DNA of 64,000 bases, taken from an uncultured Planctomycetia bacterium (GTDB taxonomy: Bacteria > Omnitrophota > Gorgyraeia > Tantalellales > Tantalellaceae). Shown one piece after another: positions 30,719 to 40,280 of this stretch. The first letter of the stretch is position 1. The number at the start of each line of letters is the position of its first letter. The notes below the pieces were generated by a model that ran no database searches, was not told the origin of the DNA, and saw only the letters and a list, made by a program, of their open reading frames with translations. The stretch is taken from assembly GCA_964527555.1 (NCBI GenBank), contig CAZGOG010000002.1:41698-105697 (forward strand), in the 5' to 3' direction. A program made the position numbers and the translations under genes.

Positions 30719-31093
30719 TTATGCTTTCTTGGGTTTGGTTTCCGCCTTCTTGGCTTTCTCTTCAGCGGGTTTAACCCCTTCCGCAAAATGTATCTCTTTC
30801 ACCTTAAGATCCGTCAGGTCCTGCCTGTGGCCTTTTTTCGACTGTGAGCTTTTCCTGTCCCTGTATTTAAACGCGATCACTTTTTTCCCTCTTTTGTCCC
30901 CCACGATCGCACATTCGACAAAAGCGTCTTTCACGTAAGGCTCTCCCACAAAATAAGAAGCGCCTTTCCTGCCGAAGAGGACCTTATCCACCTTAAGCGT
31001 CTTAGCTTTCTGCCCGGCTATGCGGTTAACTGAAAAAATAGTACCTTTCTCAACCAGTACCTGCGTGCCTTTAAGTTCGATTACCGCGTACAT
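30719..31093 (-). CDS. rplU: 50S ribosomal protein L21 with K/A/E tail
   Basis: MYAVIE...KKGHRQ; upstream of rpmA. Confidence 0.96.
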   Translation of the reverse strand: MYAVIELKGTQVLVEKGTIFSVNRIAGQKAKTLKVDKVLFGRKGASYFVGEPYVKDAFVECAIVGDKRGKKVIAFKYRDRKSSQSKKGHRQDLTDLKVKEIHFAEGVKPAEEKAKKAETKPKKA

Positions 31094-31177
31094 GTTTTCT
31101 CCTAATAGTTTATAACTTGTTTAAAAACAATAGCTTATATGACAAATAAACAAAATTCTTTAAAAAAGAGTAGAATA

Positions 31178-31206
31178 ATAGTACCAGATAGGACCTTGAT
31201 TGTCAA
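31178..31206 (-). promoter_or_regulatory. Putative sigma70 promoter of rplU-rpmA-obgE
   Basis: TTGACA-N17-TACTAT with TGn extension. Confidence 0.65.
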
Positions 31207-31208
31207 GA

Positions 31209-32381
31209 CTAATTAGGTTTGGGTGGGTTCCAGCTTATGATATCGACATCTTGTTGAAGCCCCGGCGCATAAATCTCAGGATCTTTATATGCATATTTAA
31301 CGACAGTCGTCACATTCCAGAAGGTTATATCCCTTTCAGCTATCATACATCCCTCTATATCAATAGTAGCTCCCGCTGTCCCGGTAGTAAGGTCCCTCCT
31401 GGCATGCACGATAGCTCCTTCTGTTGTGAGATTGCCGTGAACCGTAATATCACCGTTCGTCCCTTTTGCATAAATGATGTTTATAATGCCGCTTTTTATG
31501 GTCTGTATCAGGCTTCCACTTATTTTAATATCGTCTGCGATAAGAGAGCCGTTAAGCACACATGTGCCGCTTATAGTGACGTTACCGTCTACGTAAGCAT
31601 ACCCGCTGGAAGGTGAAATGCTTCCGGTAAAAGTCTGGTTACTGCTGTAGTAGTCACCGGCATCAATCGCTTTTTGTTTCCACTCGGCCAAATCCCCCTG
31701 AGTGATCCAATCAACACCCACAAGGGGAAGAAACGGCGCGCCTTCTGTAACTGTGGCGGCGTCATTATTCACGCCATTGATCCATATGAAAGCATCTGCA
31801 CTATCGGATTGGTTGTGTTTTGAGCCTTCCAGCACCACACCAACAGCCGCGACTTCTCCGTTTACGCGGACGATTCCGTTATTCAAGGACTTGAGCTCTA
31901 CGTCGCTGTTAGAGTGTATGTCCCCTGTCACCTCTACCAATGAAGCGCTGCCCGTGGCACGAAGTTTAAGGCTGTTGTATGCCGTATACATCTTGTTTAA
32001 CGGTGAGTCTACAGCACCGCTGATCTCAGCCGTTACCGTCCTTGAAACCGGCCCCACAGTCCCCACTGAAGTCAAAAGGATCCTCGAACCCACCTGAGAG
32101 TACGTCACGACGTAGCCACCCGTATCCATAGTCTCTGAAACGACGGTGCTTCCGCTTAAACCGTTGGCCCTGATCTCAGCCAGCGCGTGGTTTATCCCCG
32201 CTTCAGCCATGTTCCTTGCCTGCTCCATGGTCTTTGCCCGGCCTATTAGCTCCATGTCCTGTTTTATGATATCGACGAAAAATATCGTAGTTATGGACAT
32301 TAAGAGCACGAAACCCAGTACCACGATAAGCACCATGCCTTTTTTGTTCCCGATATTCATCCGGCTAATCTCGCTTTTCAT
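31209..32381 (-). CDS. PilX/GspK-like minor pilin with beta-helix-like C-terminus
   Basis: Prepilin leader KKG|MVLIVVL without Glu5; ARNMAEAGINHA; repeated G.I.I.G strands. Confidence 0.8.
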   Translation of the reverse strand: MKSEISRMNIGNKKGMVLIVVLGFVLLMSITTIFFVDIIKQDMELIGRAKTMEQARNMAEAGINHALAEIRANGLSGSTVVSETMDTGGYVVTYSQVGSRILLTSVGTVGPVSRTVTAEISGAVDSPLNKMYTAYNSLKLRATGSASLVEVTGDIHSNSDVELKSLNNGIVRVNGEVAAVGVVLEGSKHNQSDSADAFIWINGVNNDAATVTEGAPFLPLVGVDWITQGDLAEWKQKAIDAGDYYSSNQTFTGSISPSSGYAYVDGNVTISGTCVLNGSLIADDIKISGSLIQTIKSGIINIIYAKGTNGDITVHGNLTTEGAIVHARRDLTTGTAGATIDIEGCMIAERDITFWNVTTVVKYAYKDPEIYAPGLQQDVDIISWNPPKPN

Positions 32382-32393
32382 ATCACACCGCCT

Positions 32394-34679
32394 CTATTTG
32401 CCCGTATTCCTGGGCTCGACCTCGATCGTATTCTCTTTATGGAGTAACCTGCCGTGAAAATCCATACTGACGCCGATACCGATCGTCAAAGCTTTAATAA
32501 GATCCTCGCCGTCGATTGTGACTCTCACCTGTCCGTAATCGTCCTTCTTGGCGATGTCGCCCGTGATCTGGCATACTGTTTCATCGCCGGGCCAGTTTAC
32601 TTCAACATCGTCTATCCAGAGTGAAGTATACCCCGCAATGTAGGGCTCGCCTGCACTAGCCGGGAACTCATACACATTCATCATAGTTACCTGGCTATTA
32701 ATATAATTCTCATAGCTCAAGGTCGAAGAATCAACCCTCCAGTAAAGGGTAGTAGCCAGTTCCCCCTTGAACTGAAAATACCGGCCTGAACCTATTCCCA
32801 GGCTGCTGGGATTCGTAGTGCTGCCGGTTATAGAGTCCCAGTCTGTCGCCCCTGTCATGAATCTGTCACTGGAAGAACGCGCCTTCATGCGCACTTCGGT
32901 GCCCGAAGGACTGTCTTCAGACCACTTTATCTGGTTATACGAGGGGCTTGCTAACGCCGTATCGTATATCTGAGATTCCACGCTGCCTGATTTCTGGGCA
33001 ACGTCAACTTCTGTAACGGCATAGATCATGTTTGTGGTGCCGTCATAAAGAGACCATACCGGCGTCCCCGAAGCGGACGGAAGATCTCCCGTCGTCAGGT
33101 AATATGAATGATCCATGGTCGCACCGCCCTCCCAGTACCTGACATCGTCATCACCCGGATTAAAGGACCATCCTGAAGGCCAGATTAAAAACGGATCATC
33201 CAGCTGCGGCACATAGAATGTTATAAGGTAATCCGCCTCGTCCCCCGCTGAATCCTCCAAAGCCAGCGGGAAGCAGACCCATTCGCTCCAGACTTGACCG
33301 CCGCTGGGGATATAGGCATAAGTCACGGTATCGGTGGAATCGCCGTCACCATCCATATCATAAGCGTCCTGGAAATAAAGCCTCTGGTGACGGTGATAGT
33401 CTTCTACAGGTAACCCCGACGTAGACTGGTTCGCAAGGCCGACATACTCATCTGCGCTTTTATCTCTTCTTGTTATATACGCAGCCTCTATTTTAAAGGG
33501 ATTATCCTCGGGCGCGGTAAACTTGCACCTTAAAAGATAGCCCCTCACGGGATCTGCCGTGGTCGTGCCGGAATTGTCTATCTTATCATGGTGTAAAACC
33601 GTACGGATTGTTATGGGATAAGCCGGAAGGTTCCCGTCATCGCCGTCTATCTCAGTATCCTCGGTCTCAGATGCGGCTGACCAGACTATATCCTCGTCTC
33701 CACCCACGCGGTCCGAGGGAAGTTCCAGCTTCATACGCATCTCTTCCCCATAAATAAAAACGTTATCCGGGCTTGCGCCCGAAAAAGCGGAATCTCTCAC
33801 AAGATCGTAAGAGTCGGTAAACTCGAGATAGTCGCCTGCGCCCGCAGCGTCATATTCCAGGAAATTACTGTTTCTCCATTCGTTGTCATAAACTCTGGTA
33901 ATACCGGCGCCGCTTGAATCTATCGAACCAGCCGGGGCAAAAGAGGAGTTGTAATACTCCGCTTCCCGGTAACTGCCCGAAGGCATTATCCTGATATTGT
34001 CTATGCCGAAAGCGTAACCGGTCGAATCGGGATTGAGGTCCTCGGCAGTAAAGCGTATGTCATGACTTCCAGCGTCAAGCGTTGTGTACCCGAAGACGAC
34101 GTTACTCACTTTAACGGGATCGCTGCTTTCATCATAAAAATCCACCAAACCGGCCAGCTGTGAGATCTCAAGATAATCCAGGTTTTCCCTTATGAGATCC
34201 GAATATATGTCGGCGGTGATGTCGCCGGAAAGAACACTTTCAAGCTGAGCGTACCTTTCATCCTCGGTAAGCGTACTGTCCCATGAATCGATAACGCTTC
34301 TTCTGAGATGCTTTTTACCGTCTTCCTCGACTATGTGGTATATGATGGTCTTATCCCAAGCGATCTTGCCATCGGTAATAGTTAAAAAACCGTTAGTATC
34401 AACATCGGCTGACGGCAGGCTCATCGCGGTATATGTGACTTCGCCTTCCGGATAAAACGTCATATAAGTGGCGCTTGAAAGACGCACTTCGTTCCTTATC
34501 GTCTCAAGAGCTTTTAAAAGGTCTATCCTGAGAAGCGTGTTACTCCTTTCCCCCGTCCATACTTTCTGGGCAAACGTCCACGTCGAGATCATAGCCGCCA
34601 CCACCAGAACAGCTATAATTATCATGATCAGCACTTCCGTTAAGGTAAACCCTCTTTTATCCCGGAGCATCCTTCTCAT
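32394..34679 (-). CDS. Very large PilW/GspJ-like minor pilin (761 aa)
   Basis: KRG|FTLTEV prepilin leader; C-terminal EVEPRN typical of J/W pilins; acidic beta-rich middle with DMDGDGD. Confidence 0.8.
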   Translation of the reverse strand: MRRMLRDKRGFTLTEVLIMIIIAVLVVAAMISTWTFAQKVWTGERSNTLLRIDLLKALETIRNEVRLSSATYMTFYPEGEVTYTAMSLPSADVDTNGFLTITDGKIAWDKTIIYHIVEEDGKKHLRRSVIDSWDSTLTEDERYAQLESVLSGDITADIYSDLIRENLDYLEISQLAGLVDFYDESSDPVKVSNVVFGYTTLDAGSHDIRFTAEDLNPDSTGYAFGIDNIRIMPSGSYREAEYYNSSFAPAGSIDSSGAGITRVYDNEWRNSNFLEYDAAGAGDYLEFTDSYDLVRDSAFSGASPDNVFIYGEEMRMKLELPSDRVGGDEDIVWSAASETEDTEIDGDDGNLPAYPITIRTVLHHDKIDNSGTTTADPVRGYLLRCKFTAPEDNPFKIEAAYITRRDKSADEYVGLANQSTSGLPVEDYHRHQRLYFQDAYDMDGDGDSTDTVTYAYIPSGGQVWSEWVCFPLALEDSAGDEADYLITFYVPQLDDPFLIWPSGWSFNPGDDDVRYWEGGATMDHSYYLTTGDLPSASGTPVWSLYDGTTNMIYAVTEVDVAQKSGSVESQIYDTALASPSYNQIKWSEDSPSGTEVRMKARSSSDRFMTGATDWDSITGSTTNPSSLGIGSGRYFQFKGELATTLYWRVDSSTLSYENYINSQVTMMNVYEFPASAGEPYIAGYTSLWIDDVEVNWPGDETVCQITGDIAKKDDYGQVRVTIDGEDLIKALTIGIGVSMDFHGRLLHKENTIEVEPRNTGK

Positions 34680-34704
34680 AATCGCCTCTTATTTTTGTTG
34701 CGTT

Positions 34705-35118
34705 TTATATATCGGCAAACACCGTCTCCATGGTAATAGGATGACCCGCCGGGGAAGCTTCGTCGGCCCTGTCGACACTCACTTTAACCGTTACGAGATC
34801 GGAAAAACCGTTAAAATTTTGTGTAACCGCAGTCGTGCGGAAAAAATCCACCTCTCCATCGCCGTCTATATCTATGGGGACATCGATCTCAGGGGCTGTG
34901 TAAGGTATATTGGCAAAATCAAATTTTTTAAGTGTGTCTATACGTGCCTGGGCCAGGATAGAAGCGGTATAGATCTCATCTGAGCGGCTGATAAGGATCG
35001 CTCCCTGCGTAATCGCGGTAAGCACAGCTATCGCAATAAGCGCCACTATCATGATGGATATGATCACTTCTACAAGCGTCATCCCCCGGGAATCTTTAAA
35101 CAAATTCCTCATAATCAC
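34705..35118 (-). CDS. PilV/GspI-like minor pilin
   Basis: SRG|MTLVEV prepilin leader; ASILAQARID; VTVKVSV; DIDGDG motif. Confidence 0.82.
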   Translation of the reverse strand: MIMRNLFKDSRGMTLVEVIISIMIVALIAIAVLTAITQGAILISRSDEIYTASILAQARIDTLKKFDFANIPYTAPEIDVPIDIDGDGEVDFFRTTAVTQNFNGFSDLVTVKVSVDRADEASPAGHPITMETVFADI

Positions 35119-35241
35119 CTGTTCTTTCCTGAAAACCGGCTATAAAACTAACTGTATACCCCTATTTAAAGTATACCTTACTATAATTCAATAACCAGCT
35201 TTTTGATATATTCAAAAAAAAGAAGTCAGTTCAACCGATTT

Positions 35242-36804
35242 TTAACGCTCCTCTACCACAATATCCTCAATATGGAGCGTATGATCCTCTTTAAGGTCTA
35301 TCTTGCACCTGTATTTGCGCTGTATATCGCTTAACATCACGGCCTGATCCGAAACTAAAGCCTCGTTAATATCGGGGTGTACCGTCACGCTTACATGTTT
35401 TATCCTCTTCTCGCTTTTTACAAGCGCGTTATCTATTTGCCGGACCACTTCGATCGCTATAGTCTCAACGCTTTTAATCATGCCTTTACCTCCGCAATAA
35501 GGGCATTCTATATGCGAGGAGCTTTCCAGGCTCTTACGCATCCTTTGCCTGGTCATCTCCACTATCCCGAACTGGGATATCGCCCTCAGGCTTATGCGCG
35601 CCTTATCATCGCGGAGCTTCTCCTGGAGGAGGTTAAAGATGTTCTCGCGGTGGTTCTTATCCTCCATATCGATAAAGTCTATGATGATGATGCCGCCTAT
35701 ATCTCTCAGCATGAGCTGCTTCGGTATTTCTTCCGCTGCCTCCATATTCGTCTTATACGCGGTCTCCTCCAGGCTTCTTCTCCCGACGAAGCTGCCCGTA
35801 TTGACATCGATTACCACGACGCCTTCGGTCTGCTCGATAACAAGATACCCGCCGCTTTTGAGCGAGACTTTCCTTTCAAAGATCTCATCTACCTTCTTGT
35901 CAAGATTGTATTTCTGAAAAAGAGGCATGCGCCCGGTGTACAGTTTCACTTTCTTCCGGAGTGACGGCATGAAGGCCTTGAGGAACTTGATGATCCTGGC
36001 ATACTCCTCCTTCGAGTCGACGATGAGGCTTGAGACGTCTTCGGTGAAAATGTCCCTTATCATGCGAAGGACTATCCCGTATTCCTCATATACGCAAACG
36101 GGAGGCGCCTGTCTTTCGGCTCTTGCTTTCACCCTCGCCCATAGGTTCATCAGGTACCTGATCTCGGAACGGAACTCCTCCTCACTCCTGCCGGCTGCTA
36201 CAGTCCTTACGATGCAGCCCACCTCGTCACGGAACCCCAATTTATCCAAAATGTCGCGTATCCTCTTGCGTTCCGCCGGGTCAAGTATGCGCCGGGATAT
36301 GCCTATTGTCTTGTCATAGGGGGTTATCACCAGATACCTTCCCGGAAGGCTTATATACGTGGTAAGACGCGGCCCCTTGGTGCCGATCGCTTCTTTCACG
36401 ACCTGTACCATGAGCTCTTCGCCCTTCTTTAAAATGTTCTGTATTTTCGCGGGGCCGAATTTTTTCCTGGGTTTTATAGCCGGCTCGTCCTCGTCCGCCA
36501 GGATCTCTTTGAGTATGGAACTTTTGTCCAAAACGTCGCTCACGTGGAGAAACCCGTTTTTCTCAAGTCCTACATCCACGAAGGCCGCTTCTATCCCCGG
36601 GAGGATGGAACTTACCCGCCCCTTGTAGATGCTGCCGGCATACTGCCCACGGCCCTTTCGTGCCATGAAAAAATCCACCATATTGCCGCCCTCAAGGATC
36701 GCGGCACGCTTCTCAATGGGGCCGACATTGATCAGTATCTGTTTTTCGGTCTTCACTTCGGCTTTATGTCTATGTCTTTTTGCCATCATAAAATGTCCTT
36801 TCAC
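35242..36804 (-). CDS. rng: Ribonuclease E/G family
   Basis: GSIYKGRV, AAFVDVG, KGPRLT, IDVNTG, RDIGGIIIIDFIDM, EMTRQR, CPYCGG. Confidence 0.95.
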   Translation of the reverse strand: MKGHFMMAKRHRHKAEVKTEKQILINVGPIEKRAAILEGGNMVDFFMARKGRGQYAGSIYKGRVSSILPGIEAAFVDVGLEKNGFLHVSDVLDKSSILKEILADEDEPAIKPRKKFGPAKIQNILKKGEELMVQVVKEAIGTKGPRLTTYISLPGRYLVITPYDKTIGISRRILDPAERKRIRDILDKLGFRDEVGCIVRTVAAGRSEEEFRSEIRYLMNLWARVKARAERQAPPVCVYEEYGIVLRMIRDIFTEDVSSLIVDSKEEYARIIKFLKAFMPSLRKKVKLYTGRMPLFQKYNLDKKVDEIFERKVSLKSGGYLVIEQTEGVVVIDVNTGSFVGRRSLEETAYKTNMEAAEEIPKQLMLRDIGGIIIIDFIDMEDKNHRENIFNLLQEKLRDDKARISLRAISQFGIVEMTRQRMRKSLESSSHIECPYCGGKGMIKSVETIAIEVVRQIDNALVKSEKRIKHVSVTVHPDINEALVSDQAVMLSDIQRKYRCKIDLKEDHTLHIEDIVVEER

Positions 36805-36817
36805 ATTTATATTTGTA

Positions 36818-37117
36818 TCACTTGGCTTCTCTGACTTCCAGGATCCTTACGCCTTCCGGAAGTTCCCGGTTGAGAGCCTCTTTAATCTCAAGGTGAGGCC
36901 GCTCAGTAAGCCAGAAACTCATCTCTTCCCTGTCGCTCTGGCAGCCAAGCTTGAGAGCCTTCGGCATACTTATCTTTACGTGTGGTGAAAAGCCTTCCGT
37001 CAAAACAAAGGCCAGTCCCGTACGGCGGATGGCCCTGCGAATAAGAGTCATGAGGTCCAGATGCGAAATATAGACCATATCACCCTTCTTCTCAAAGACA
37101 GCATCGTATCTTATCAT
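36818..37117 (-). CDS. Radical-SAM-linked protein (TIGR03936/DUF2344-like), short form
   Basis: YISHLDL...RAIRR...TEGFSPH...LPEGV; usual neighbour of rng; start placed at MIRYD. Confidence 0.85.
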   Translation of the reverse strand: MIRYDAVFEKKGDMVYISHLDLMTLIRRAIRRTGLAFVLTEGFSPHVKISMPKALKLGCQSDREEMSFWLTERPHLEIKEALNRELPEGVRILEVREAK

Positions 37118-37402
37118 GATCTTATACCGGCTTTCCCTCACATCAAAGCTAAAGAGACAGGCATAAAAGAAAACTACTATTCTCTCGGCAGCCTGCAAAG
37201 TAATAAAGCTTAGCGTCTTCTGTGAACGCTTCTTTCTAGGGGGAGGGGTGATTGAAAAAATATAAAGCCTATTAAGTCAAGACGTCTCGCGAAACACATG
37301 CTAACTATAAAAACCTTTTATCATCTTCGCCTTTTGAAAAGCCAGTCTTGTCTTCTGCCCTCTACCCTCGTCTGCCGGCGATAAACTTCTGCCCCTTAAG
37401 CG

Positions 37403-39271
37403 CTACTTCTTCTTCCTGAAATCCAGCCAGGGCGCGTATTCCCTCTTGGGCTGCACCGCTTCGGTGTTTCCTACAGGAACTTCTACCTGTTTCTGGGTGG
37501 TTTTCAGCTTCCCCGTCATAAGCACGGGGGCTGTTTCGGTTTCCTCGGCGCTTTCTTTCTGCGTTATGTATTTATCAAAGTGCGGCTGGGTCTCGGAATC
37601 AGCGATGGAATCCATGGCGTCTTTCACCAGGTGCACCGTGACGAAAAATACGATCTCAGTTCTTCGGATTTCTTCGGATTCGTATTTGAAAAGACTTCCC
37701 AGAACCGGTATGCCACCCAAAAGGTCGCCCAGTATCGGGAGTTTATTATCCTCTGTCACCAGCTCTTTCCGTATAAGCCCCCCCAGGAAAATCGTGTCTC
37801 CGTCTCTCACCCTTATGATCGTGTTAGCCTCCCTGGAATTAAACGTAAGGGCCACTGTTCCCTGCTGGGCCGCTCCGGCAAGCGTGAGCACGCTAAAGCC
37901 TTCGTTATTAGAGACTTCCGGCAGGAGATTGACGGAGATGTCCCCTTCTTCGTTGACATGGGGGATCACCACGAGCTTCACGCCGACTTCCCTGGCATCC
38001 TCTATATCTTCAAATTGAACGGTAACGGTCGTGGAGGTATCTGTACTCTGCAGCGCCTCCTGCAGCATTATTTTCTGGATTACCTTTATAGTGGCTCTTT
38101 GATTATTCAATGTCGTTATACGGGGACTTGAAAGTATCTCGGAATCGCCCCTCTGGTCTATAAGCGCCAGAGTCGCGGTAAAGGTACTAAAGTCCAGGTA
38201 ACCATACGTGAACAGATCCGTGCCGGCGAGAGCCTGGGCAACCGCGGGGATACCTGTATCCGTAATCCAGGGAAAAGTTGGAGCAAATCCTCTTCCTCCT
38301 GTCGAAGGATAATACTTCTCATCCGGCGCACCGTTTAAAAACGGCAAGGTCCCGTCGTTTTTAAAGGGAAAGGTGATCGGCTTTTTAGCCCCGGCAGCCG
38401 TTATTACCGCGTTCCAATCCACGCCGAAACGTTCGTCCTCGTTTAAGAGGATCTCGACAACTTTCGCATCAAGTATGATCTGGGGGGTCTTCTTGTCGAT
38501 CTTGCTTATCATCGTTTTGATGTCGCTTATGCGCGCGGGTATCGCCGTTATCACTATGGAATTAACGCTTGAGATATATGTGGCTTTTTCGCCCTGCCTG
38601 GGGTTAAGGATTGAGTTGATCGCCGTCATCAGCTGGTTGATGCTTTCTTCCTTCTGCTCTACAAGCACCTCTTCATTGCCTTCTTCCGTTTTGGTCAGCT
38701 CAATATCACGTATGAGGTGATTTAAGGGTATGACCTCTGTCACGGGCTCTTCCGCGTGAAGCTGTCCTTTGGGTATGACCCTTATGATGTCGCCCTCGCG
38801 TGAATAGACGTATCCGTAGTTTCTTGTCACGATGTCAAGTGCCACTTCCCAGGGTTTGTTCCTTAGACGCATGGTGACCAGGCCCTCGACTCCGGGAGAC
38901 GGGATTATATCGACCCCGCTTACCTCGGAAAGGTAATGAAGGACTGTCTTTATATCCACATCCTTGAAATTGACAGTCACGTTCCCGGCTTCGGCCAAAG
39001 GCTGGCCTATATCCTCTTTGACCGGGGATGTTTGGGCAGCACCCGCAGGTGAAACATTCACCTGGGCATATGAATCCACTATTAGCAGCGAATTCATAAA
39101 TAAAATCGCAACAACTGGCGCAAGAACTTTTACCCATGCACCAGAAGGCCACGCCCGTAAGGGCATGGATGAATGGCCTTCGGTGCAGGATTCCGCTTGA
39201 CGGAACCCTGAAACTGTGGATGCCATGGGCGTTAGCCCATGGAGCTTCACTATTCGACTAAATTTTTTCAT
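37403..39271 (-). CDS. pilQ: Type IV pilus secretin with a 39-aa element-derived insert in the signal peptide
   Basis: VTVNFKDVDI (N0), PQIILDAKVVE, GVDW, LSSPRITTLNN, VRDGDTIFLGGLI; last gene of pilMNOP. Confidence 0.92.
   Translation of the reverse strand: MKKFSRIVKLHGLTPMASTVSGFRQAESCTEGHSSMPLRAWPSGAWVKVLAPVVAILFMNSLLIVDSYAQVNVSPAGAAQTSPVKEDIGQPLAEAGNVTVNFKDVDIKTVLHYLSEVSGVDIIPSPGVEGLVTMRLRNKPWEVALDIVTRNYGYVYSREGDIIRVIPKGQLHAEEPVTEVIPLNHLIRDIELTKTEEGNEEVLVEQKEESINQLMTAINSILNPRQGEKATYISSVNSIVITAIPARISDIKTMISKIDKKTPQIILDAKVVEILLNEDERFGVDWNAVITAAGAKKPITFPFKNDGTLPFLNGAPDEKYYPSTGGRGFAPTFPWITDTGIPAVAQALAGTDLFTYGYLDFSTFTATLALIDQRGDSEILSSPRITTLNNQRATIKVIQKIMLQEALQSTDTSTTVTVQFEDIEDAREVGVKLVVIPHVNEEGDISVNLLPEVSNNEGFSVLTLAGAAQQGTVALTFNSREANTIIRVRDGDTIFLGGLIRKELVTEDNKLPILGDLLGGIPVLGSLFKYESEEIRRTEIVFFVTVHLVKDAMDSIADSETQPHFDKYITQKESAEETETAPVLMTGKLKTTQKQVEVPVGNTEAVQPKREYAPWLDFRKKK
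39134..39250 (+). mobile_element. Miniature IS200/IS605-like element, copy B (117 nt), in-frame inside pilQ
   Basis: Follows TTTAC (39129-39133), ends TTCAC; one nt shorter than the other copies (CGGAA-CC-CTG versus CGGAA-AGA-CTG). Confidence 0.85.
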
Positions 39272-39310
39272 GTTCCCCCCCCATTACGAATTTAAAAACC
39301 GTACTTCTTT

Positions 39311-39691
39311 CTATTCCTCATAAAGTTTTATTTCATGCTCGTCTTCATCTATTTTTATTTTCACAACATTGGCATCTATCGACTCGACTGTAAGTACGCC
39401 GATACTGTCGCCTTCGGTCATAAACTCGCCGTTAATGATGGCGCTCCTTTTTCCGGCGGGATCGATAACAATCCCCTGAAGCACGACATCGTCTACGGTA
39501 AGCACTCCCCTGGCACCGCCCCGCGTTCCATCCTGCGGGACGCCGATTAAAGGCACGAAGGGGTCCCTGCGTCCAAGCGATTTATATTCGAATGCAGAAG
39601 CCTCATCCGGCAGCAAGCCCGCAATAGCCATAACGAGACTCACCGCCAGCAGAAACGTATATGCTCCGCTATTTCTTTTCATCATCTCCAA
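39311..39691 (-). CDS. PilP-like protein
   Basis: Signal peptide, RRDPFVP, LQGIV...AIING...EGD; lies between pilO and pilQ. Confidence 0.75.
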   Translation of the reverse strand: MEMMKRNSGAYTFLLAVSLVMAIAGLLPDEASAFEYKSLGRRDPFVPLIGVPQDGTRGGARGVLTVDDVVLQGIVIDPAGKRSAIINGEFMTEGDSIGVLTVESIDANVVKIKIDEDEHEIKLYEE

Positions 39692-40280
39692 CCGCCACGT
39701 AGGCTTTTAAGACTATTTTCACGTTATGAGACCTGGGATATTTGCTGTCGTATTGCACCGAGAGGTCCTGGATCTCAACGAACCTTTCCCCCTGCTCGAG
39801 TTTGTTGATAAAATAACCCAGCTGATGATATCCGCTCTTCGCGGTTATAACTATAGGCATTTCGCGAAAATACCTGGCGGTCTCCTCGTCTAACCCCTTG
39901 GTGGAAAACTCCTGGGGGGTGACGCTTAGTATCTTCACGTTCGATTCCTTGGCCATGGCAGCCAGACCTTCCAAAAATTTGGGTATTTCTTTTTCGACTG
40001 GAAGCTGTTTGGCATACCGGGTCTGTTCTTCCCGTAGAACGTTTAATCTCTCTGTCATCTCATCCAGACGTTTTTCCCGGCTTTCAACAAGATTTATCCT
40101 GTCTTTAAGATCCTTGACCATCCTGGAAACCTCAGAAAGACTGTTAAACGTCGGCAGGATGAGAAATGTAAGGTAAAGCACCACGATGATAACCGCGCCG
40201 CCCACAGTGACATACAGTTTCTTCTGCTCGTCCTCGAAAAACTCTTTTATCTTGTCTTGCTGCGTATTAAAATCGATCAT
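39669..40280 (-). CDS. pilO: Type IV pilus assembly protein PilO
   Basis: TM plus coiled coil, LPVEKEIP, GYHQLGYFINKLE. Confidence 0.88.
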   Translation of the reverse strand: MIDFNTQQDKIKEFFEDEQKKLYVTVGGAVIIVVLYLTFLILPTFNSLSEVSRMVKDLKDRINLVESREKRLDEMTERLNVLREEQTRYAKQLPVEKEIPKFLEGLAAMAKESNVKILSVTPQEFSTKGLDEETARYFREMPIVITAKSGYHQLGYFINKLEQGERFVEIQDLSVQYDSKYPRSHNVKIVLKAYVAVGDDEKK

